DNA of 64,000 bases from Vicinamibacteria bacterium (GTDB taxonomy: Bacteria > Acidobacteriota > Vicinamibacteria > Marinacidobacterales > Marinacidobacteraceae): contig CAXXLQ010000004.1 in the NCBI GenBank assembly GCA_963668695.2, forward strand, positions 928,001 through 992,000. The letters are read 5' to 3'. This document shows positions 58,263 to 64,000 of this stretch, one piece after another (within the stretch, counting starts at the first letter, position 1; each line of letters begins with the position of its first letter). The translations under genes were made by a program, and so were the position numbers. The notes beneath the pieces were generated by a model that saw nothing but the letters and a program-made list of their open reading frames with translations, had not been told where the DNA came from and did not search any database.

Positions 58263-60062
58263 ATGCTGGATATGTGGCGGCGGGTGCTGCCGTATCTCAC
58301 CCGCTACCGGCGGCGGCTTGCGATCGGGCTGGTGGCGCTCGCGCTGTGCCGGGTCTTCTACCTGATCGTGCCGCAGGTGCTCGAGCGGGCCGTCGATGCG
58401 CTCCAGTCGGGCGCCACCGGCGAAATGTGGACCTACGGCGGCTTCATCGTGGCCGCCGCCGCCGGGTCGGCCGTCTTCCGCTTCTTCATGCGCTGGTACC
58501 TGATCGGCATCTCCCGCTACGCCGAATACGACCTGCGGCGGGATTTCTACGCCCAGCTCCAGCGCCTGCCGGCGGCCTTCTACGCCCGCTACCGGGTGGG
58601 GGACATCCTTTCCCGCGGCGCCCAGGACATGAATGCGGTCCGGATGGTGCTGGGTCCCGGCGTGATGTACCCGGTGGAGACGGTGATCACCACCATCGGC
58701 TGTTTCGGCTTCATGCTGGCCATCAGCCCGCGTCTCACCCTCGTCGCGCTGGCGGTAATGCCGGTGGTCTCCATCCTGATGAAGATCCTCGGAGCAAGGA
58801 TCTTCCGGCGCTCCGAAGTAGTGCAGGCGAAGATGGCCGACATCTCCGCGGTGGTCCAGGAGAACGCGGCGGCCTCGCGCCTCGTGCGCGCCTTCGTGCA
58901 GGAGGACGCCCAGCGCAAGGTTTTCGGGAAGGAAAACGAGGCCTACGCCACGCTGAACATGAGACTGGTCGCCGTGAGCGCGGCGCTCTTCCCGCTCCTG
59001 CTCGCCCTCATCGGGATGGGCCTCGCCGGTTCGCTCGTGCTCGGCGGACGCCTCGTCATCGACGAATCAATCACGCTCGGCCAATTGGTGGCCTTCCTCT
59101 TCTACTACGGCTACCTGACCTGGCCGATGATCGCTATCGGCTGGGTGGTGAACATCCACCAGCGCGGCGCGGCCTCCATGAAGCGGCTGGCGGTGATCTT
59201 CGACGCCGATCCCCTCGACGCCCCGCCGGCCGGCGACGCCGGGATCGACCCGTCCCGGCCCGCCGCCGCCATCGAGTTCCGGGACGTCCGGTTCGCCTAC
59301 CCCTCCCGGGGGGTGGGAGGCAAGGAGAGTTCGAACGGGAGAGAGTCGCCGGCGGTCCTCTCGGACTTCAACCTGCGCGTAGAGCCCGGCCAGACCGTGG
59401 CGCTCGTGGGGCGCACCGGCAGCGGCAAGAGCACGGTGGCCCGGCTCATTCCGCGGATCTACGACGCCCAGGAAGGCTCGATCCGGATTGACGGACGCGA
59501 CGTGCGGGAAATCCCGCTCGACGAACTGCGGAGCGACATCGGTTTCGTCCCACAGGACAGCTTCCTGTTTTCCATGACCCTGCGGGAGAACTTCGCCTTC
59601 GGCGACGCCGAGGCGCCGATCGACGACGTGCGCCGGGTGGCGGAGGAAGCCGGTCTCGCGAGCGACATCGAGGACTTCGCGGGCGGCTACGAAACCATGG
59701 TCGGCGAACGCGGCGTGACGCTTTCCGGCGGGCAGCGCCAGCGGACGGCCATCGCCCGCGCCCTCCTCCTCGACACCCGGATCCTGGTGTTCGACGACGT
59801 GTTCAGCGCGGTGGACTCCGAGACCGAGTCCCGCATTCTGAAAGCGGTCCGCCGGGCCGCGCGCGACCGCACCACGATCATCGTGGCCCACCGGCTGAGC
59901 ACGGTGAAGGACGCGGACGTGATCTACCTGCTCGACGCCGACGAAGCCGGGGCGACCCAGGTCGTCGAGAGCGGGACCCACAACGAGCTGGTCGCCGCCG
60001 GAGGGTTGTACGCAGGCATGTACCGCCGGCAGATGCTCGAAGAGGAGCTTTCCCGGCTGTGA
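58263..60062 (+). CDS. ABC exporter permease/ATPase (MdlA-like half)
   Basis: TM domain, GRTGSGKS, LSGGQRQR, degenerate Walker B FDD, AHRLS. Confidence 0.93.
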   Translation: MLDMWRRVLPYLTRYRRRLAIGLVALALCRVFYLIVPQVLERAVDALQSGATGEMWTYGGFIVAAAAGSAVFRFFMRWYLIGISRYAEYDLRRDFYAQLQRLPAAFYARYRVGDILSRGAQDMNAVRMVLGPGVMYPVETVITTIGCFGFMLAISPRLTLVALAVMPVVSILMKILGARIFRRSEVVQAKMADISAVVQENAAASRLVRAFVQEDAQRKVFGKENEAYATLNMRLVAVSAALFPLLLALIGMGLAGSLVLGGRLVIDESITLGQLVAFLFYYGYLTWPMIAIGWVVNIHQRGAASMKRLAVIFDADPLDAPPAGDAGIDPSRPAAAIEFRDVRFAYPSRGVGGKESSNGRESPAVLSDFNLRVEPGQTVALVGRTGSGKSTVARLIPRIYDAQEGSIRIDGRDVREIPLDELRSDIGFVPQDSFLFSMTLRENFAFGDAEAPIDDVRRVAEEAGLASDIEDFAGGYETMVGERGVTLSGGQRQRTAIARALLLDTRILVFDDVFSAVDSETESRILKAVRRAARDRTTIIVAHRLSTVKDADVIYLLDADEAGATQVVESGTHNELVAAGGLYAGMYRRQMLEEELSRL

Positions 60063-61852
60063 GCGCTGAACGCGCCGGCGGCAAGAAGCCCAGCGGCGGG
60101 AAGCCCAGCCGGGGCCTGCTCCGGCGCATGCTGCCCTACGTGTTTCCGTATTGGCCGTTCGTCACCCTCGCCGTGGGGCTCGTTCTGATCGGGACCGCGG
60201 CGCAGCTCACCGGGCCGTACCTCACCCGGATCGCCCTCGACGACTACATCGCCGCGGGCGACCTGGAAGGGCTCGTCGGGATCCTCGGCCTTTACGCCGT
60301 CATCCTGGCGGTCGGTTTCGCCGGCGCCTACGGACAGGCCTGGATCGTGAACCTGTTCGGCCAGCGGGTGATGCGCGACATTCGCCGCGACGTCTTCGAC
60401 CACATCCAGAAACTGCACCCCGGCTGGTTCGACCGTCACCCCATCGGCCAGGTCGTCACGCGGGCGACGAGCGACGTGGATGCGCTCAACGAACTGCTGA
60501 GTTCCGGGGTGGTGATGATCATCACCGACGTGGTTCTGCTCGTCGGGATCATGGCGGTGCTCATCTGGATGAACCCGGCGCTCGCGCTCGTCACCTTCGG
60601 GGCGGTACCCGCCCTCTTCATCGCCGGCTGGATCTTCCGCCGCCGGATCCGGCCGGCCTTCCGCCGGGTGCGCACCGCGGTGGCATCGGTGAACTCCTTC
60701 ATCCAGGAAACGCTGACCGGGATGGAGGTCCTGCAGCTCTTCCGTCAGGAGCGCCGGCGGGCTCGCGAGTACCGGAAGCTGAACCGGGAGCACACGGACG
60801 CCCATCTCGACACCGTGCTGTGCTTTTCGGTCTTCTACCCGGTGGTCGAAATGATCACCGCCATCACCGTCGCGCTGATCGTGGGCTACGGAGGCTCCCG
60901 GATCGGCACCGGAACGCTCACCGTCGGGGCCCTGGTCGCGTTCTTGATGTATTCGGAGATGTTCTTCCGGCCCATCCGCGACCTGACCGAGAAGTTCAAC
61001 ATCCTGCAAGGAGCGATGGCCGCTTCGGAGCGCATCGTGGAACTCCTCGACACGGAACCCGCTATCCGGAACGCGCCGGCCGCCCGCCTCCCCGCACACC
61101 GTCACGGCGCGTTCCGGCTCGAGGGAGTCTCGTTCGCCTACAACAAGGAGGAGTGGGTGCTGCGGGACATCGATCTCGATGTGGCCCCCGGCGAAACGGT
61201 GGCGCTCGTGGGGCACACCGGGTCGGGCAAAACCACCCTCGCCGCCCTGCTCCTCCGGCTTTACGACGTGCAGCGCGGCCGGGTGCTGGTGGACGGCCTC
61301 GACGTGCGGGATTGGCGGGTGCCGAACCTGCGCCGTCAGTTCTCGATGGTGCAGCAGGACGTACACCTCTTTTCCGGATCGGTGCTCGACAACATCCGGC
61401 TGGGCGACGAAACGATCAGCGAAGAAGACGCCCGCCGGGCTGCCGAGGCTGCCGAAGTGGCCGCCTGGTCCCGGAATCTGCCCGACGGCCTCGACACTCA
61501 GCTAGGAGAACGCGGCGGCGGCCTCTCGCAGGGCCAGCGCCAGTTGGTCGGGATAGCTCGCGCCATGGCCCGCACCTCGCGGGTGCTGGTGCTCGACGAG
61601 GCGACGTCGAGCGTGGACACCGAGACCGAGCGCGCGGTGCAGACCGCCCTCCAGCGGGTGCTCGAGAACCGCACCAGTCTCGTGATCGCACACCGGCTCT
61701 CCACCATCCGGGGGGCCGACCGCATCGTGGTGCTGCACCGGGGGCGAATCCGCGAGAGCGGCACCCACGACGAGCTGCTCGCCGTCGGAGGTATCTACCG
61801 GCGGCTCTACGAGCTGCAGTTCGCGGACGAGGCCGTGCTGGCCGCCGGCTGA
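60059..61852 (+). CDS. ABC exporter permease/ATPase (MdlB-like half)
   Basis: GHTGSGKT, LSQGQRQL, LDEATSSVD, AHRLSTI. Confidence 0.93.
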   Translation: MSAERAGGKKPSGGKPSRGLLRRMLPYVFPYWPFVTLAVGLVLIGTAAQLTGPYLTRIALDDYIAAGDLEGLVGILGLYAVILAVGFAGAYGQAWIVNLFGQRVMRDIRRDVFDHIQKLHPGWFDRHPIGQVVTRATSDVDALNELLSSGVVMIITDVVLLVGIMAVLIWMNPALALVTFGAVPALFIAGWIFRRRIRPAFRRVRTAVASVNSFIQETLTGMEVLQLFRQERRRAREYRKLNREHTDAHLDTVLCFSVFYPVVEMITAITVALIVGYGGSRIGTGTLTVGALVAFLMYSEMFFRPIRDLTEKFNILQGAMAASERIVELLDTEPAIRNAPAARLPAHRHGAFRLEGVSFAYNKEEWVLRDIDLDVAPGETVALVGHTGSGKTTLAALLLRLYDVQRGRVLVDGLDVRDWRVPNLRRQFSMVQQDVHLFSGSVLDNIRLGDETISEEDARRAAEAAEVAAWSRNLPDGLDTQLGERGGGLSQGQRQLVGIARAMARTSRVLVLDEATSSVDTETERAVQTALQRVLENRTSLVIAHRLSTIRGADRIVVLHRGRIRESGTHDELLAVGGIYRRLYELQFADEAVLAAG

Positions 61853-61899
61853 GAATCCCGGCTGAGAATCCCGGCTGAAAACCCCCGGCTAAAGAATCA
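61845..61899. repeat. 13-bp tandem repeat, about 4 copies (CCGGCTGAGAATC), starting over the stop codon
   Basis: Directly visible. Confidence 0.85.
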
Positions 61900-61903
61900 C
61901 GAC

Positions 61904-62332
61904 ATGACCGAGTCGCTGACCCTCGACCAGGCCGGCGTGCTGGAGGTCCTTCCCCACCGCGAACCTTTCCTGTTCGTGCACGGAGTCTCGGAGCTCGTGC
62001 CGGGCAAGAGCGGCCGGGGATTCGTGACCGTTCCGGCGGATCATCCCTACGCGCTGGGCCAACCCCACGTGCCGGCGGGGCTCATCATCGAAGCCATGGC
62101 CCAGCTGGGCGGCGTCGCCATGCTCTACGACCGGCGCAGCGAGAACCTGGTTGTCCTCTTCCGCTCGGTGAAGGATTTCGTCATGGAAAGGACGGTGGAC
62201 TTCGGCCAGCGTCTCGACCTCTTCGCCGAAGTCAGCCGCTTTCGGGGACGGTTCGCCGAGGTTCGGACCTCGGCCAGCACCGGTGGCGAACCCGTTGCGT
62301 CCGCCACGCTCGCCTTCGCGCTGCCCCAGTGA
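61904..62332 (+). CDS. FabZ-like hot-dog fold dehydratase
   Basis: LPHREPFLFV, LIIEAMAQ. Confidence 0.8.
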   Translation: MTESLTLDQAGVLEVLPHREPFLFVHGVSELVPGKSGRGFVTVPADHPYALGQPHVPAGLIIEAMAQLGGVAMLYDRRSENLVVLFRSVKDFVMERTVDFGQRLDLFAEVSRFRGRFAEVRTSASTGGEPVASATLAFALPQ

Positions 62333-63624
62333 CCGCATTGCGAAACGCCGGCCCGCGCGCCCGGATCCCGCTGCTGTTCGGGGCCGTCGGACTCGTCGTC
62401 GCGGCGAGCGCCGCCGCGCAGGACTGGCCCGGGTTTCGGGGAGCGAACGGGGGCGGGCGAGTACCCGGATGGCCGGAAGAGATGAGCGATCCAGAGGGGT
62501 GGCCGGAGTCGCTGGAGCGGAAGTGGAAGATTCCCGTGGGGCTCGGACACGCAAGCCCGGTGGTGCAGGGCGACCGGGTCTTCGTCTTCTCCCGCGAGGG
62601 CGACGAAGAGGTTCTGCGCGCACTCCAGGCGGCGAGCGGTGAAGAGATTTGGCGGTCGTCCTATGCAGCCCCCTACACCATGAACCCTGCCGCGGTGAAT
62701 CACGGACCGGGGCCGAAGGGGACGCCCGAACTGGCCGCGGGAAGGATCTTCACGCTCGGGATCTCCGGGATCCTTTCGGCGTGGGACGCGAGCGACGGTT
62801 CGCTTCTCTGGCGCCGGCCGCCGGACCCTCGCTTCACCGGGAGCCATTGGCCGCTCTACGGCGCCGGCAGTTCCCCAAGGGCATTCGCCGGTGGGGAGCA
62901 GCTCCTCGTACACCTCGGAGGACCGGACAACGGGACGCTCGCCGCGCTCGAGGCAGCGAGCGGCGAAACGAAGTGGGAGCTTCGAGGCGACGGCCCCGCG
63001 TACGTAACTCCAACGCTCGCCGAAGTCGCCGGCGTTGCCGCGATCCTGACCATGACCGAGGAGCGCATCGTGATCCTCAGCCCGGAAGACGGCCGCCTCC
63101 TGTGGGAGATGCCCTTCACCACCCCCTACGACCAGAACATCGTCGACCCGGCGGTTCTTCCCGGGGGCGAAGTCGTCATCTTCGCCGGGCTTGGGAACCC
63201 GACCTTCGCGGTCCGCTTCCGGGGCGCGCCGGATGGCGGGCTGGCGGGGGAGACGGTCTGGGAGGCGGACGAAAGCCCCTTCTACATGAGTAACCCGGTG
63301 CTGGCCGGCGATCGTCTGATCGGGTTCTCCGAACGGAACAGCGGTCAATGGGTGGCTCTGGACCTGGCCACCGGAGCGGACATCTGGCGTTCGCCGCCCC
63401 GGTCGGGAGAAAACGCTGCCCTCCTGGTGGCTGGACGCACGGTCCTCGCGCTCACCGACTCGGCGGACCTCCTCGTTCTGGACGCGGCCGCCGCGCGCTA
63501 CGAACCCCTACGGACCTACGAAGTCGCCGAAAGCCCGACCTGGGCCCACCCGGTCCCGCTCGCGGGAGGTCTCTTGATCAAGGACGAGACTCACCTGACG
63601 CGCTGGAACTTTCGTCCAGAGTGA
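62329..63624 (+). CDS. PQQ-like beta-propeller repeat protein (secreted)
   Basis: Signal peptide, DWPGFRG, repeated A.SG...W motifs, TWAHPV. Confidence 0.88.
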   Translation: MTALRNAGPRARIPLLFGAVGLVVAASAAAQDWPGFRGANGGGRVPGWPEEMSDPEGWPESLERKWKIPVGLGHASPVVQGDRVFVFSREGDEEVLRALQAASGEEIWRSSYAAPYTMNPAAVNHGPGPKGTPELAAGRIFTLGISGILSAWDASDGSLLWRRPPDPRFTGSHWPLYGAGSSPRAFAGGEQLLVHLGGPDNGTLAALEAASGETKWELRGDGPAYVTPTLAEVAGVAAILTMTEERIVILSPEDGRLLWEMPFTTPYDQNIVDPAVLPGGEVVIFAGLGNPTFAVRFRGAPDGGLAGETVWEADESPFYMSNPVLAGDRLIGFSERNSGQWVALDLATGADIWRSPPRSGENAALLVAGRTVLALTDSADLLVLDAAAARYEPLRTYEVAESPTWAHPVPLAGGLLIKDETHLTRWNFRPE

Positions 63625-63662
63625 CGGACTACGCCCACAGACCGCCTGCTAGGCTGCGTTCG

Positions 63663-63890
63663 GTGACTGAGCGAGCGAGGGCCTTCCTGCGGGGTATGGG
63701 GAGCCTGTTGGACATTTATCCCGAGCCCCGGCGTTACGAGGACCTGATCCCGAAGGGAACGGCCGAGGAACGCCTCGCGGGACATTGGCAGCGCGTCGGG
63801 CAGTACATCGCGGGCGCCATGCAGGAAGTCGATGACGAAATCGCTCTCCCGAAAAAGGAATCGCGACGCAAGCGAGCCCGTCGGCGCTAG
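63663..63890 (+). CDS. Small hypothetical protein
   Basis: AFLRGMGSLLDI...LAGHWQRVGQYIAGAM; protein-like composition. Confidence 0.5.
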   Translation: MTERARAFLRGMGSLLDIYPEPRRYEDLIPKGTAEERLAGHWQRVGQYIAGAMQEVDDEIALPKKESRRKRARRR

Positions 63891-64000
63891 CCACGCGGTC
63901 GAAACGCCCGGGGGCGGTTGGCCTTCGGATAGCACAGTTTCGCGGTCCGCTGCCGCCGCCGGCGGTCCTTGAGTAATACGACCGCCTTCTGGCGGGGGCG

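Noticed and set aside
1-64000. rRNA, tRNA, prophage or integrase-bounded island
   Set aside because: None recognised by eye; a covariance-model scan (tRNAscan-SE, Infernal/Rfam) would be needed to exclude small RNAs.

Overview
High-GC bacterial chromosome segment. A complete Na+-translocating NQR operon suggests a marine or halotolerant organism; the lineage cannot be fixed from sequence alone. Housekeeping and metabolic blocks are a putative catabolic operon at 5.0-12.4 kb, nqrABCDEF-apbE-nqrM, an SNF2-SWIM-SWIM operon, a cytochrome c pair and a heterodimeric ABC exporter. These are interleaved with many small accessory genes: at least seven toxin-antitoxin loci or remnants, two AAA-DUF4143 ATPases, HNH and Uma2 nucleases, an orphan SspD/DndC-like PAPS reductase, and several collapsed or frameshifted pseudogenes. 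The most unusual content is non-coding. (1) A ~3.2 kb satellite at 47841-51030: ten 32-bp units pass in register into about 90 alternating 31/33-bp units (64-bp higher-order period, GCGACATGTT core), directly upstream of the SspD-like gene. (2) A ~200-bp TA-targeting MITE family at six loci, including a nested copy and an in-frame copy. (3) A REP-like palindrome family. (4) An 18-19-bp micro-module, CCCCCACCGGGAGAACTGG, inserted over 20 times at different positions, in both orientations and in tandem, inside both repeat families. No rRNA, tRNA, CRISPR array or transposase was seen. All calls come from motif reading by eye, not database searches.
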